Shown: positions 44,368-54,362 of the stretch, piece after piece
Position numbering within the stretch: position 1 is the stretch's first letter
Layout of the letters: each line of letters opens with the position of its first letter
Virus record (IMG/VR): IMGVR_UViG_3300017963_000225
Span: 1 to 64,000 of that record
DNA: 64,000 bases
Reading direction: 5' to 3' (one strand)
DNA from: a virus
Translations under genes and position numbers: made by a program
The notes under the pieces: model-generated
Databases searched by the model: none
What the model saw: only the letters and a program-made list of their open reading frames with translations
What the model was told of the DNA's origin: nothing

Positions 44368-45084
44368 CTACCTTGATAACGTGGTGCGTTTTTTTACCCC
44401 GACCGAGGACTTGCGCTGGTTCTCGGCCTTTGTCGCCTCGGCAATCGCCGCCTTGATGATGGGACCGGCCTCTTTCTGGATGCGCTTGGCCAAATACCGG
44501 CCAGGCACGGAAGGCGACATCCAGCGGCTCGGGTCCTCTCGGATGGACTTCTCGGAAATGACGAAAAACCCGCGCATAGCCTGGGCGCTGATGCGCCCCG
44601 GTCGAGCTGGGCGACTGAGGCGTCGATGGGCCTCATACTTCTTCATGCCGCCGTAGCGGGCGAGCGCCGACTTCACCATGCGCGGAACGCCCTTCTCGAA
44701 GGCTCTGGTGACGCTGGCGCCGACGCTCGGAGGTCGGAAGGTCGCCTTGGCCTTGGGCTCGACGTGGATCACCTTGTACTTGAAGCCGGCCTTGGAGCGC
44801 TTCACCTTGGCGCCCGACAGGATGGCCAGCCCGAGGTTGAAGGCGCGGTGGCCGTTTTCGACGTACTCGGCGTGCTTGGCGTAGTTGACGATCTTGATCT
44901 TGCCGCCCTGTACGCGCACGCTGCCGGCGGCGTAAAGCCCCCGCACGTAGGCGCCGCTGCCGGTTGGTGCGCGAGCTACCCACAGGTCACGGACGAAGAG
45001 GGCCAGATTCCACAGCATGCGTCGCGTGTTGTGGTTTCTGGCCAGCTCGGGGGCAAAATCAAACTCGACCGAAACCGGCATCAC
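44368..45084 (-). CDS. Basic neck/tail-completion protein (HK97 gp10-like position)
   Basis: W...APT.SG.Y..G, N.A.HA.YVE.G, W..P...G motifs. Confidence 0.6.
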   Translation of the reverse strand: MMPVSVEFDFAPELARNHNTRRMLWNLALFVRDLWVARAPTGSGAYVRGLYAAGSVRVQGGKIKIVNYAKHAEYVENGHRAFNLGLAILSGAKVKRSKAGFKYKVIHVEPKAKATFRPPSVGASVTRAFEKGVPRMVKSALARYGGMKKYEAHRRLSRPARPGRISAQAMRGFFVISEKSIREDPSRWMSPSVPGRYLAKRIQKEAGPIIKAAIAEATKAENQRKSSVGVKKRTTLSR

Positions 45085-45289
45085 GCCGCTCCTGGAATGC
45101 CGCCTCGGCCAGGGCGACAGCCTTTTGCAGCGTGGTGCCCTTCTGGTTGGTCGGCTCCAGGCCGAACTTCATCTTGGGGTAGGTCTTCTTGAGCGCGACA
45201 AGGTGCTCCCTGGCGTCCGACGGATCGTCGTACACCTGATAGCGGATTTTCTTGCCGTGCGCGTCGATGCCGACGACCGTTACCGCCAT
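45059..45289 (-). CDS. Small hypothetical protein
   Basis: AGAGG SD; operon context. Confidence 0.5.
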   Translation of the reverse strand: MAVTVVGIDAHGKKIRYQVYDDPSDAREHLVALKKTYPKMKFGLEPTNQKGTTLQKAVALAEAAFQERRDAGFGRV

Positions 45290-45292
45290 GGA

Positions 45293-45784
45293 TCACCTCT
45301 TGTTCTTCGCGAGCCACGCCTGCGTCTTCTTGAGCGCAGAAGAAGTGTCGGCTCGGCCGTCGTCGAGCGACTTCTTCATGTCCGGCCCGTCGTCGTCGGC
45401 GTAGCCCTCTTTGAAGGACTTGTCAGCCTTGTGGCCGGCAAAACCCTTCTTCTCCTTGTGGTGCTTCACCTTCGGATTGCCGTCGGTCGCCGCATCGCCA
45501 GCGTAGCTGATTTCGTCGTCGGCCTCGGAGCGGTAGTGGTCGATGTTGCGGCGCATCTTGTCGGCCATCGAGCCGTAGCGGCTTTTGTTCTTGCGGGCAT
45601 GCTCCAAGGCATGGCGCAAAAACATAAACTCGTGCTGGCGCTCGGCCTTCTGATCGCCGGCCACCCGCGCCGCCTTAGCATGACATGCGTGGTGGTACAT
45701 AGCATCTTGACACGACTTGATGAGCGGATCGGCATCGCCGAGCAGGTCGCCCACCCGTCCCATTGCTTTTGCAAGCCTGCTCAT
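45293..45784 (-). CDS. His/Lys-rich putative internal head protein
   Basis: LAKA, LIKS and MKKS motifs; hydrophilic. Confidence 0.5.
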   Translation of the reverse strand: MSRLAKAMGRVGDLLGDADPLIKSCQDAMYHHACHAKAARVAGDQKAERQHEFMFLRHALEHARKNKSRYGSMADKMRRNIDHYRSEADDEISYAGDAATDGNPKVKHHKEKKGFAGHKADKSFKEGYADDDGPDMKKSLDDGRADTSSALKKTQAWLAKNKR

Positions 45785-45794
45785 AGCATTCCTT

Positions 45795-46085
45795 TCAGGT
45801 AAAACGATTGCGGACGGTTTCGACGCGCTGGATGCGGACTAGGGTATTTCCGCCTCCGGTCGTTTCCTCAATGCCAGTTGTCTGATAGACGCCTGGCTCA
45901 AACTCCGCTGCCTCATCGAACACCTGAACGAAGCCGGCATCGACGCCTTGCTTGTGGTAGTCCTGGTAAGGCATCTTCATGAACTTCTCGGTGTTGACGA
46001 CGGTGTGATTCACGCCGCGTCCTTCAAGAATGATGTTCTTCTCGCTGGGAAACGGCGACAGAATACGAATAAATGGCGTAGACAT
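45795..46085 (-). CDS. Hypothetical virion-cluster protein
   Basis: AAGGAGG SD. Confidence 0.6.
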   Translation of the reverse strand: MSTPFIRILSPFPSEKNIILEGRGVNHTVVNTEKFMKMPYQDYHKQGVDAGFVQVFDEAAEFEPGVYQTTGIEETTGGGNTLVRIQRVETVRNRFT

Positions 46086-46096
46086 AGTAAACCTCC

Positions 46097-46303
46097 TTAC
46101 GGGTTTGTCTCATTTTGACGAATATTCGAGAGAAGCTCGACGATGAGGAGTAGAAGCGCAATCACCGTTCGCTGTGGCGTGGTGGTCGATCCGTCAGCTT
46201 CGATGTCAGTAGCGCCGGAATGCTCGCCGGACTTCAATTGCACATACGGCCGCGCAATCCGCCTGGCTTCAGCAACGATCTCTGTCTTGGTCCTGGCTGC
46301 CAT
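46097..46303 (-). CDS. Small hypothetical protein
   Basis: AGGAG SD; hydrophobic C-terminal helix. Confidence 0.55.
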   Translation of the reverse strand: MAARTKTEIVAEARRIARPYVQLKSGEHSGATDIEADGSTTTPQRTVIALLLLIVELLSNIRQNETNP

Positions 46304-46315
46304 GGATAGCTCCTA

Positions 46316-46711
46316 TCAGTCGCCCACAACAACAATCTTGCCCTTGGCGACCGTCGAAACGCTAGGGTTAGTGACTAACAGACCCGTAAATTCCATGTGC
46401 ATGATCGACGGACGACCGCCGAGAAACTTCAGGGCCTGAGACGTGCCAGCATCATTGACTACTTTTAGCTCGATGTCTTGGTCCATATCGACGACAAGCA
46501 TCTTGCCAAGAGCGACGGTCCCCATGGAGACGGCTACGTCAGCCGCTGCGGCTGCCAAGTTGATTCGGCCAGCCTCGTTCTCATTCATGGCGGTGTTTTC
46601 GTACTGGACGTTGAGCTTCTCGTAGTCCTTCTCGACGATCGCAGCGCCGGTGACGGTCGGGTTTTTTGCGACCGTGACGGAAGTGATTTGCTTGATAATC
46701 ACGTCACCCAT
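46316..46711 (-). CDS. Beta-rich putative virion decoration protein
   Basis: GAGG SD; beta-sandwich-like composition. Confidence 0.55.
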   Translation of the reverse strand: MGDVIIKQITSVTVAKNPTVTGAAIVEKDYEKLNVQYENTAMNENEAGRINLAAAAADVAVSMGTVALGKMLVVDMDQDIELKVVNDAGTSQALKFLGGRPSIMHMEFTGLLVTNPSVSTVAKGKIVVVGD

Positions 46712-46714
46712 ATC

Positions 46715-47572
46715 TCACCTCTTGGCATGATGTTTTGTGTGGTGGAAGTGAGCAGCATCGGCATGATCGGCCGCCAGCTTGGCGAACGCCCCAACGTGCT
46801 TACCCTTGCGCGACAAATGCTCCATCAAACTCAACACAGCACTTGCCCGTTTGTGGTGAGCGTGCATGGCGTCAGCATGATCCTCGCGGCTAAAGCCCTT
46901 GTGGTGCTCGGCGTGCTTGTGGCTGTGGCGGTGGATTTTCTTGCCGCTCTTTGTCTTGCCGACGTGTTCACGCGCCTTCTTCAGCTTAGCGCCAACGGCC
47001 AGGCCGAAGTGGTGATTCATTGCCTCGCGATGATGCGCGATGACATTTGGGTGCGTCTCGGAGCCAAGCTTGGAGATATGAGCAGCATGGGCGCGGTATG
47101 CGTCCATGTGGTCGTGGGTTGAAAAACCCACGTGAGCCGAGCTGGATGGGTGCGACATGATTCGCTTGCCCGAGCGTGTCTGCCCGAGCGCGTGCTCGCC
47201 CTGGCTTTTGCGAGGCCGCATGACGCTGGTGCCGAGAGCTTTTTTGAAGTGGTCGCCAGACATGATGTGAAACTGACGCTTGGCTTCTCTGTCTTGCGAG
47301 CTTTTGCTTGGCGACGACCCCAGCTTTATCCCATGCTCGTTGATGTGAGCCTTTATGCCGTTATTATGCGATTCAATCCCGCCAAGATCGGCGTGACTCC
47401 TTGCATGCGGCATGTTCTTGCCGTGAAGCAAATGCAAGCCAGCGGCATCAGCATGATCTTCTTTTGAAAACCCGGAGTATTCCCCCGGAGATTTTGCGCT
47501 GTAAACGTCCTTGCCGCTCCTGGTTGTCCCAAGTTTTTTTCCTAGACTTGATTTGCGAAGGAAAAATTTCAC
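46715..47572 (-). CDS. His-rich triple-repeat putative internal head protein
   Basis: Three units (L/V)GxT(R/K)SGKx(V/I)...GFSxxDHxDA...H separated by K-K-A sites; N-terminus MKFFLRKS. Confidence 0.65.
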   Translation of the reverse strand: MKFFLRKSSLGKKLGTTRSGKDVYSAKSPGEYSGFSKEDHADAAGLHLLHGKNMPHARSHADLGGIESHNNGIKAHINEHGIKLGSSPSKSSQDREAKRQFHIMSGDHFKKALGTSVMRPRKSQGEHALGQTRSGKRIMSHPSSSAHVGFSTHDHMDAYRAHAAHISKLGSETHPNVIAHHREAMNHHFGLAVGAKLKKAREHVGKTKSGKKIHRHSHKHAEHHKGFSREDHADAMHAHHKRASAVLSLMEHLSRKGKHVGAFAKLAADHADAAHFHHTKHHAKR

Positions 47573-48411
47573 CGAAAAGGCCCTCGTCCCTGTGGGGAGT
47601 TGAACGTGGATTGCGTCGTGTGATCGACCGCGCCGCGCTGGCGCTGGACAATCGCCCGGTCAAGCCGCGTGGCAATCACATTGTAGGGAAACACAAGGTC
47701 AAGTCCAGTGCGCTGCGGATCTGGCAGATTGTCGTCATGACCAGTGCGATGCAATGGCTTTGCGGTTTCTCCGACAATCACGTACTCGGGACGGGCAAGG
47801 TAACGAACGCTGTACTTGGTGCCCTTTTGTAGCTTGGTTTCAATACGCCGAGCCGCCGCATTGAAGCTCCAGTCGTCGCTTCCAAGCTTCAGGATGGCTT
47901 GTGTCGTGGCGTCTTGGTAGAGTACCGTCTCAACGCAGCTTACATCGCGAAATCGCAGTGTTTCAGCGGTTGACCCGTCGGTCAACGTCGCTCCAGCCGT
48001 GTGATATTCGTTGTTAACGACTTCCACGTCAGCGCACATTTGAACGATATCACCGTCGGCCGGTATTACGCCCGGAAAGAGCGTCACCGACACCGATCCA
48101 GTGATTGCGCGCCCACCATCCTTGCGCTCGCTCCTGCCGCTGCGGCTATGGACCATGGCTCGCGCATACATGGGGTCGGTTTCTGCTTCGAGGTGAAACC
48201 AACCAAGGCCACGGCACTGGTGGCAAGAAATGCTCGGCTGACCAGACAAAGCATTGGTGCATGGGCATGAAACGGCCTTCCAATACTTGATCGCAACGGA
48301 GTAGTCAGAGATGAACTCCTTGACGCCGCTTAGGTCAAGTTGAGGGAATCGCGTAGCCCCCGGAGCGGGAGCTACGCCAATAGCCGCTGGCCTTAAAGAG
48401 AAGCCACCCAT
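47569..48411 (-). CDS. Head closure / neck protein
   Basis: W.KA..CPC......P...C..C.G.GW and YSVRY...PEY.. motifs typical of large-myovirus neck proteins. Confidence 0.7.
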   Translation of the reverse strand: MGGFSLRPAAIGVAPAPGATRFPQLDLSGVKEFISDYSVAIKYWKAVSCPCTNALSGQPSISCHQCRGLGWFHLEAETDPMYARAMVHSRSGRSERKDGGRAITGSVSVTLFPGVIPADGDIVQMCADVEVVNNEYHTAGATLTDGSTAETLRFRDVSCVETVLYQDATTQAILKLGSDDWSFNAAARRIETKLQKGTKYSVRYLARPEYVIVGETAKPLHRTGHDDNLPDPQRTGLDLVFPYNVIATRLDRAIVQRQRGAVDHTTQSTFNSPQGRGPFR

Positions 48412-48423
48412 GAGGTCCCTTCT

Positions 48424-48807
48424 TTACACGCTCGCCTGAATGCCGGCCGTCTTCAATGCGGCAATTTCAGCATCGATCTTCGCTTGGAGATCGAGCAGAC
48501 GGGCATCAACGTCAGTGGCGAGCGCCGCATCGCCGGCGCCGCCCGATCCATCGGTCGTGCCGACGGCCGCAAGCGCTCCGAGCGCGGCGACGTTAGCCGC
48601 TTGCGAGGCGGTCAATTTGGCGGCGAGCGCAGAAACAAGGCCCGACACCTTGCTTTGAGCGATCGAGGAGTCAGGCAGTCGCTGAGCTGCGAGAGCCTGA
48701 TCGAGTGCTTTTGCCAGCTCGTCGTTCCCGGTGATGCTTCCTTGAGCGATTCGGAGAACTCGAACTTCGTCGTCCGTCAGAACGCTGTATCCCTTAGCTG
48801 CCGACAT
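48424..48807 (-). CDS. Head fibre/decoration-like protein
   Basis: IAQSKVSGL.SALAAK; QAANVAAL...KID..IAALKTAGI C-terminal pattern. Confidence 0.55.
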   Translation of the reverse strand: MSAAKGYSVLTDDEVRVLRIAQGSITGNDELAKALDQALAAQRLPDSSIAQSKVSGLVSALAAKLTASQAANVAALGALAAVGTTDGSGGAGDAALATDVDARLLDLQAKIDAEIAALKTAGIQASV

Positions 48808-48866
48808 CTCTTTTCCTCCTTGGACTTGCGATATTTATTATCGCTCGTTCATTGCAAAAAAACCAC

Positions 48867-50027
48867 TTAGGCAATCCAGGTCGGAAGTCCTCGATAGTTT
48901 GCCCGCATCGACGCGATGTTGTCTGGATCGAGGTCAACTTCGTAGCGCCGCGCCAAGGCTCCAAACTGAGTCATCTCCGCTGTCGCCAGCAGGTTAACCG
49001 AGCTGGATAGCCCGTCAACCCCGAACGAACGTGAGGCGATCCCGCGAGAAATCGCGATGCCAATTTCGTCAAGCAACACAACTGCGGCTTTTTTCATTAC
49101 GATGTCGCAAACCTCTTTGGCGATTGCTCCATCCTCGGGGCCATAATCGTAATCGATCGCCCAAAAGCCTGGGACCATGTGATTGCCGACCGCTTCTAGC
49201 AGCGTCACGTCAAGAAACTGGCCGTTATTGTCGATGATAATATTGATTGCGCCGGCCGTTGTGGGACGAATATAAACCCATCCCATTTTCATTTCGTTGC
49301 CGACAACCCATTCGTTTGGAATGCGATAAACCGTCTTGCCGGCGTAAACCCCGCGCACATTTCTGACGCGAACAATGTTTGAGTGCGGCAAGCGAATAGC
49401 CGACCACATGAAGCTCTGTTGTTGCTGCCACGGCAACAAATGCCCGTCTTCGTCGTAGTCAACGCCTTTGACTGGCGGCGGTGCCTGGGTGTCAGCATAC
49501 GGTTTGGTTAGAACGCGACGGCCGCGTAATGGCGTCCCAATCTGCCGCTCCATCCAAGTGATCGCTACATCAACATGATGCTGTATGGTGTTGTCTGGAA
49601 GGTAATACCCGTTCGCGAGAGCCTGCCATACAGGCCACAAGTAAAACTTTTTCAGCGTGCATGCTGTAAGGTCGCCGATCGTACAAGTGAGCAGCTCGTT
49701 GTAATTCGGAACACCGCCAGTGAGCATCGTCACGACATTGATGTCGAAGACGAGGTTGCGCTGCGAAGCGCCATTCAGCGGAATGATCTGCCACTGATCG
49801 TGATAAGTGCCACGCGCAGGGAAAAGCGATCCAGGCACCGTCACTTGATAGGTGCCAGTGCCAACATGCTCAACGCTTCCGCCAGGAATAACGGCGATTT
49901 GTTGGTACTGCTCATTCAGAATGATGACGTTCACAATCTGATAAGCATCCATCAGAATGCCATTGTAAACATGGCGCAAACCAAGCGTCACATCCTGCCC
50001 GACGAGCGTTTCTGCGCGTGTCCCCAT
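48867..50027 (-). CDS. Head-tail adaptor with N-terminal Ig-like domain
   Basis: I.HH.D.AI...E..I, P....IDY.YG, GIAS.S.GVDGLSSS motifs. Confidence 0.72.
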   Translation of the reverse strand: MGTRAETLVGQDVTLGLRHVYNGILMDAYQIVNVIILNEQYQQIAVIPGGSVEHVGTGTYQVTVPGSLFPARGTYHDQWQIIPLNGASQRNLVFDINVVTMLTGGVPNYNELLTCTIGDLTACTLKKFYLWPVWQALANGYYLPDNTIQHHVDVAITWMERQIGTPLRGRRVLTKPYADTQAPPPVKGVDYDEDGHLLPWQQQQSFMWSAIRLPHSNIVRVRNVRGVYAGKTVYRIPNEWVVGNEMKMGWVYIRPTTAGAINIIIDNNGQFLDVTLLEAVGNHMVPGFWAIDYDYGPEDGAIAKEVCDIVMKKAAVVLLDEIGIAISRGIASRSFGVDGLSSSVNLLATAEMTQFGALARRYEVDLDPDNIASMRANYRGLPTWIA

Positions 50028-53000
50028 CAGAACGGCTCCCCGCTGCTAAGCAGCGCAGCAGTGTCGGCCTTGATGGTCGCACGCTCCGCTTTTGCTGTGT
50101 CGTTGGCTGGCTTGAGGGCATCGGCTGTGTCCGTGAAGCCCACGCCCTTGATCTGATCCAGCGCAGCCAGGATTGGCGTCAGGTCGAGGTCGGCAGCGTC
50201 GATGGCGTCTTTGATCGCCTTCAAGCTGTCGGCCACCGACGTGAATCCCGAGCCCTTAATATCAGTCAGCGAGGCTTCCGTGGCGCGGCTGGAAATCGTC
50301 GCGTCCAGGTTGTTCAACCGCACGTCCGTCGCAAGCAGCGTATTGAGCGGGATCGCCGCAACCGCCGACGCCAAGCTGGAGAGGCCGGCCGCCGTAGCCA
50401 GCGTACCGACGACCGCCTGAACGGCAAGCAGCGTCGTTTGCTGAGCGCCACCAGAGATCGGGATCGCAGCGGCGAGGTCGGCAATGGCCTTGAGGCTGTG
50501 AAGGCTCGGGTTGTAGCCCACGCCGAACACATCAGCCAGCACCGCAGCCGCTGCTCGGCTTGAGACGCTGGCGTCGAGATAGGCCAGACGCGGGTCGCTC
50601 GCGAGCGCCGGATTGGTTGGAATGGCATTGACGCTTGTCTGAAGTGTGTTGACGCTCGCCTGGCTCGCACGGCTAGCGGCCGTGGCAGCGGCCGTAGCCG
50701 CCGAAGATGCCGCTGCATCAGCGCTTGTCTTGGCGGCATCCACCTTCGGCCTGAGGGCCGCGAGGCTGTCGGTGCCCGTGGCGAAGCCGGCGCCCTTGAT
50801 GTCGGAGAGCTGCGCGAGCACCGGCGACAGGTCGGTGGGCGCTACGCTGTCTCGGATGGCCTCCAAGCTGTCGGTGACGGCATTGAAGCCGGCGCCTTTG
50901 ATCGTCGTCAAGGTGGCTTCCTGAGCCCGACTCGACACCGTTGCGTCGAGGTTGGTCAGACGAGGATCTGTCGTGAGCACCGGGTTGGTCGGGACGGCGG
51001 ATACCTGAGCCGAAAGGGACGTGACGCTCGCCTGGCTTGCCTTGGTGCCGATCGACGCCAGGATCGTCGCCTGATTGGCTGCCGTCGCATCGCCGGCCGA
51101 GGTTGGCAACGTGTTGATCTTGTCTCGGATGGCCTCCAGCGTGTCAGTGGCACCGCTGAAACCGCCGCCTTTGATGCTGTCGAGGCTTGCCTGAGTGGCG
51201 CGCTCGCTCACCTTGGCATCGAGCACCTCACCGAAGCTGCCCACGGCGACGTGACCCGCACGAGCCTCGTCCCACACCGCATCGGCAATCTGACCGGCTG
51301 TAGGCGCCGATGTCACGCCGTCGCTGATAGCCTTGCCGACCGTGCCAGCCGCCAGGTGGGCGGCGATCGGCTCGTCAAGCACGGCGTTTTTGATCTGAGC
51401 GGCGGTTGGCAGGGCCGCTATCGAGGCGGCCGATGCACGCGAGCTGATAGAAGCGTCAAGCAGGTCGAGCGCCGCTAGACGCGCTGGCGTCAATCCTGAT
51501 TCTAGGTAGTTGGTGTCGGACAGAATATCGCCCGCCTGAGTCGAGCTGGCGCGGGTGCTGACCACCACGTCAAGTCGCGAAAGGTTGTCGATCAATGCCG
51601 CCCGGGCAGTCGAGATGACCCCCTGATTGGACTCGCCAAAGGTTCCGGCCGTGTTCTGGCCGGCACGAGCGGCGCCCCATATTGCATTTTGAAGGCTGCT
51701 TGGCGCTGTTTGAGCCACCGCCAACGAGGCGTCGGCCTCTGCCATGTCAACTTTTATCTCAACCACGGAAAGTTGAGCGGTCGTTGCAAGCGTGCTCAAC
51801 GGCGTGTCAATGGCTTCACCAAAAGTGCCGACAACTACGTGCAAAGCTCTTGGCTCGTCCCACACGGCCGCAGCGATTGCTTCCGGCGACGAACCAGCAC
51901 TCGCATCATTCAGGCGTTTTCCGGTCGTTCCGACGGTCAAGTGACCCGCGATAGGCTCGTTCCACACCTTGTCTGTGATGGCGTCCTCTTGAGAGGAAGC
52001 GATTACAGAATCGACACGACCGCCCGTAAAGACAAGCTGATCGGTTTTCACCTTGATTGCGGTTGTCTGAACAGCGATTCCATCGACAACGGTGTCAACC
52101 GTGTCAACGCTTGTCTGGCTAGCGCGGCTTGCCACCGTTGTCTGGAGAGCTTCGCCGAAAGACCCGCCCAATGCGCTCGCCGCTCGTGTGCGGTCCCAAA
52201 CAGCCACAGCGACCTCGACAGCAGCGTCGTTGGCTAAAGCAGCCGCGTCGATTGCGTTGGCGGCAAATTTCGATGACGTGATTGCCGCAGTGTCAATTTT
52301 TGCGGCTGTTATGGTGTTCGACTGGACTTTTGCGGCACTAATTGCGCCGTCGGCAAGCTTGGCATTTGTGATCGCCGCATCGACGATCTTTGCTGCGCTG
52401 ATAGCACTATCAGCCAGGCCAGTGTTGGTCACGCGCACCGTTTCGCCAAAGCTTCCGGCGACAACGTGCCCAGCTCGAAGCTCGTCCCACACCTTGTCTG
52501 CGATTGTGTCTTCGTTACCAGATGTGATGCTGTACCCGGTTTTGTCGCTGACGACTTGAGCGTTAGCGTTGACATTTCCTGCCGTAAAGGCGAGCTGGTC
52601 GGTCTTGGCCTTGATAGCGGAGCTGTCGGATTTTACCGAAGCGATATCGGCCGACACGCTCACGCCGGCTGGCGTTCCGAGCTTGGTGTCAATAGCCGTC
52701 ACGCTTGCCTGCGTGGCTCGGCTCGCCACGGTGGCGTCGAGGTTGTCAAGATTGGCAGCACGGCCATTGGTCCACTGTACCGTGGACAGCGCCGTGGAAG
52801 CCGGCGCCCTGGAAGAAACCGTCGCGTCGAGGTTGTCGAGATTGGCCGCGCGCCCGTTCGTCCACACGGCCGTCGAAAGGGCCGTTGCCGATGGAGCGCG
52901 ACTAGACACCGTTGCGTCAAGGTTGTCGAGGTTTCCTGCGCGCAGCGTTGTGTAATCCGTCCGCAATCCACTCGTGTCGGACTTGACTGATGCAACGTCG

Positions 53001-53521
53001 GCAGAAAGTGAGGCGCCGGTTGGCGTGCCGATCTTTGCTTGAATGTCATCAGTATCGGCGTTGACGAGCGCGATTGCCGCCTGTGTGGCGTCATGCTCGG
53101 CCTGGTTGGTAGCAGCACGGCTAGCGGCCGAAGCCTCCGATTGCCGACTTGACACCGTCGCGTCAAGGTTGTCGAGATTGGCGGCGCGAGTGTTCGTCAA
53201 ACGAGTAAGCAACGTCGCCAAATCCTGATCGAGAGAACGAACCTCGATAATTTCGGCGTCTCGTTCGTACCTATTGTCTACTGAGGCAAATGTCCCATCA
53301 GTGTAAATCTCATAGCTAACGCTATACTGCCCTTCGACAGTCGGATTCCATCCCGTTCCAGAATAGTGTCCGCCTGTTCTGTGCGTCAGCGTAAATGGCG
53401 ACCCTGAAACCTCCGCTCCAGCGCTGTTGAACACGCGAGCACGCACTCCGCGAGTAGCGTTTCCATCCCACAATGTAATCGACAGAAGGACGTTTCCGTT
53501 TACCTCTGTAGTGCGGCTCAT
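50027..53521 (-). CDS. 1164-aa repetitive fibre-like virion protein
   Basis: Repeats RAANLDNLDATVSSR, I(A/T)DxVW(D/N)E..A.H...G(S/T)FG, ITxAKI and IKGxGFxxxxDSL. Confidence 0.7.
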   Translation of the reverse strand: MSRTTEVNGNVLLSITLWDGNATRGVRARVFNSAGAEVSGSPFTLTHRTGGHYSGTGWNPTVEGQYSVSYEIYTDGTFASVDNRYERDAEIIEVRSLDQDLATLLTRLTNTRAANLDNLDATVSSRQSEASAASRAATNQAEHDATQAAIALVNADTDDIQAKIGTPTGASLSADVASVKSDTSGLRTDYTTLRAGNLDNLDATVSSRAPSATALSTAVWTNGRAANLDNLDATVSSRAPASTALSTVQWTNGRAANLDNLDATVASRATQASVTAIDTKLGTPAGVSVSADIASVKSDSSAIKAKTDQLAFTAGNVNANAQVVSDKTGYSITSGNEDTIADKVWDELRAGHVVAGSFGETVRVTNTGLADSAISAAKIVDAAITNAKLADGAISAAKVQSNTITAAKIDTAAITSSKFAANAIDAAALANDAAVEVAVAVWDRTRAASALGGSFGEALQTTVASRASQTSVDTVDTVVDGIAVQTTAIKVKTDQLVFTGGRVDSVIASSQEDAITDKVWNEPIAGHLTVGTTGKRLNDASAGSSPEAIAAAVWDEPRALHVVVGTFGEAIDTPLSTLATTAQLSVVEIKVDMAEADASLAVAQTAPSSLQNAIWGAARAGQNTAGTFGESNQGVISTARAALIDNLSRLDVVVSTRASSTQAGDILSDTNYLESGLTPARLAALDLLDASISSRASAASIAALPTAAQIKNAVLDEPIAAHLAAGTVGKAISDGVTSAPTAGQIADAVWDEARAGHVAVGSFGEVLDAKVSERATQASLDSIKGGGFSGATDTLEAIRDKINTLPTSAGDATAANQATILASIGTKASQASVTSLSAQVSAVPTNPVLTTDPRLTNLDATVSSRAQEATLTTIKGAGFNAVTDSLEAIRDSVAPTDLSPVLAQLSDIKGAGFATGTDSLAALRPKVDAAKTSADAAASSAATAAATAASRASQASVNTLQTSVNAIPTNPALASDPRLAYLDASVSSRAAAAVLADVFGVGYNPSLHSLKAIADLAAAIPISGGAQQTTLLAVQAVVGTLATAAGLSSLASAVAAIPLNTLLATDVRLNNLDATISSRATEASLTDIKGSGFTSVADSLKAIKDAIDAADLDLTPILAALDQIKGVGFTDTADALKPANDTAKAERATIKADTAALLSSGEPF

Positions 53522-53525
53522 GGTC

Positions 53526-53993
53526 TTACCTCAACCGAATTAGTTCAACTAACAGGATCGTCATGTCTGGAACAAACGATACAGTAGAGCCTTCAAGTGG
53601 AGATGCTTGAAGCTCAAAATAATCATTCGCGTTCATGTTCATGATAAACAATGCGTGCAGGTTGTTGTTTTCAGCATCGTTAGCGCGGTTTGATCCATCC
53701 TGTGAATGACTTCTTCCAACGTCGCCAGATCCGTTCAGTAGAATTCTCGTGGAAACTCCGCTGTTGTTCGCGGAGGGATCGATGCGACAACGGTAATAAA
53801 CCCTGACCGAGCAATCCACTAAAGCACGAAATTGACTACTAGTTGGCTTGTCGAGATATCCGTTGTAAAAACTGTCCACATCAGAAGAAAAATCAACAGT
53901 CGTCCAAACCCCTGGTGTGTTCCCCAAATTCAATGGGGCCGTCATCTCGTGCTGTACCCATGCTACCGGATGTGGATTGCTTGCTTTTGGCAT
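53526..53993 (-). CDS. C1q/TNF-like beta-sandwich protein (putative fibre head)
   Basis: WTTVDF...F.A......V.Y...MNANDYFEL pattern. Confidence 0.5.
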   Translation of the reverse strand: MPKASNPHPVAWVQHEMTAPLNLGNTPGVWTTVDFSSDVDSFYNGYLDKPTSSQFRALVDCSVRVYYRCRIDPSANNSGVSTRILLNGSGDVGRSHSQDGSNRANDAENNNLHALFIMNMNANDYFELQASPLEGSTVSFVPDMTILLVELIRLR

Positions 53994-54016
53994 CGACCCC
54001 TCCTTTCAGAAACTCT

Positions 54017-54346
54017 TTACAGCATAGCTGAAAGCGCGGCGAAACCTTCGTCCAGAGACAATTCCTCGCCGTTAATGAGCATCAGCGTCGAATCGGCTCC
54101 ATTGTTGACTGGAGCAGCAAAAATGATGCCTTTCTTGTTGACAAGAACGGGAGCATCGTCGGCCGTTAATTCGATGAATGGCTCTGCCGCCAGCGCCAGC
54201 TTAACATCCTCGTAAGACTCATCTGCCTGATAGCTGTTTCCGTCAATCATGGTGACGACTGAATCGTTGTCTTGAGCGGCGACTTTCAAAATCAAATCGC
54301 TGTTAAATTTGAGGGAATCGCCCTGAACGAAAAGACTGAAAAACAT
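54017..54346 (-). CDS. Tandem FlbD-like domain protein
   Basis: Two copies of N.(D/K).I......(D)S...(M/L)I(D/N)G.....DES/DEG. Confidence 0.5.
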   Translation of the reverse strand: MFFSLFVQGDSLKFNSDLILKVAAQDNDSVVTMIDGNSYQADESYEDVKLALAAEPFIELTADDAPVLVNKKGIIFAAPVNNGADSTLMLINGEELSLDEGFAALSAML

Positions 54347-54362
54347 TTTTCACTCCTTTGAT

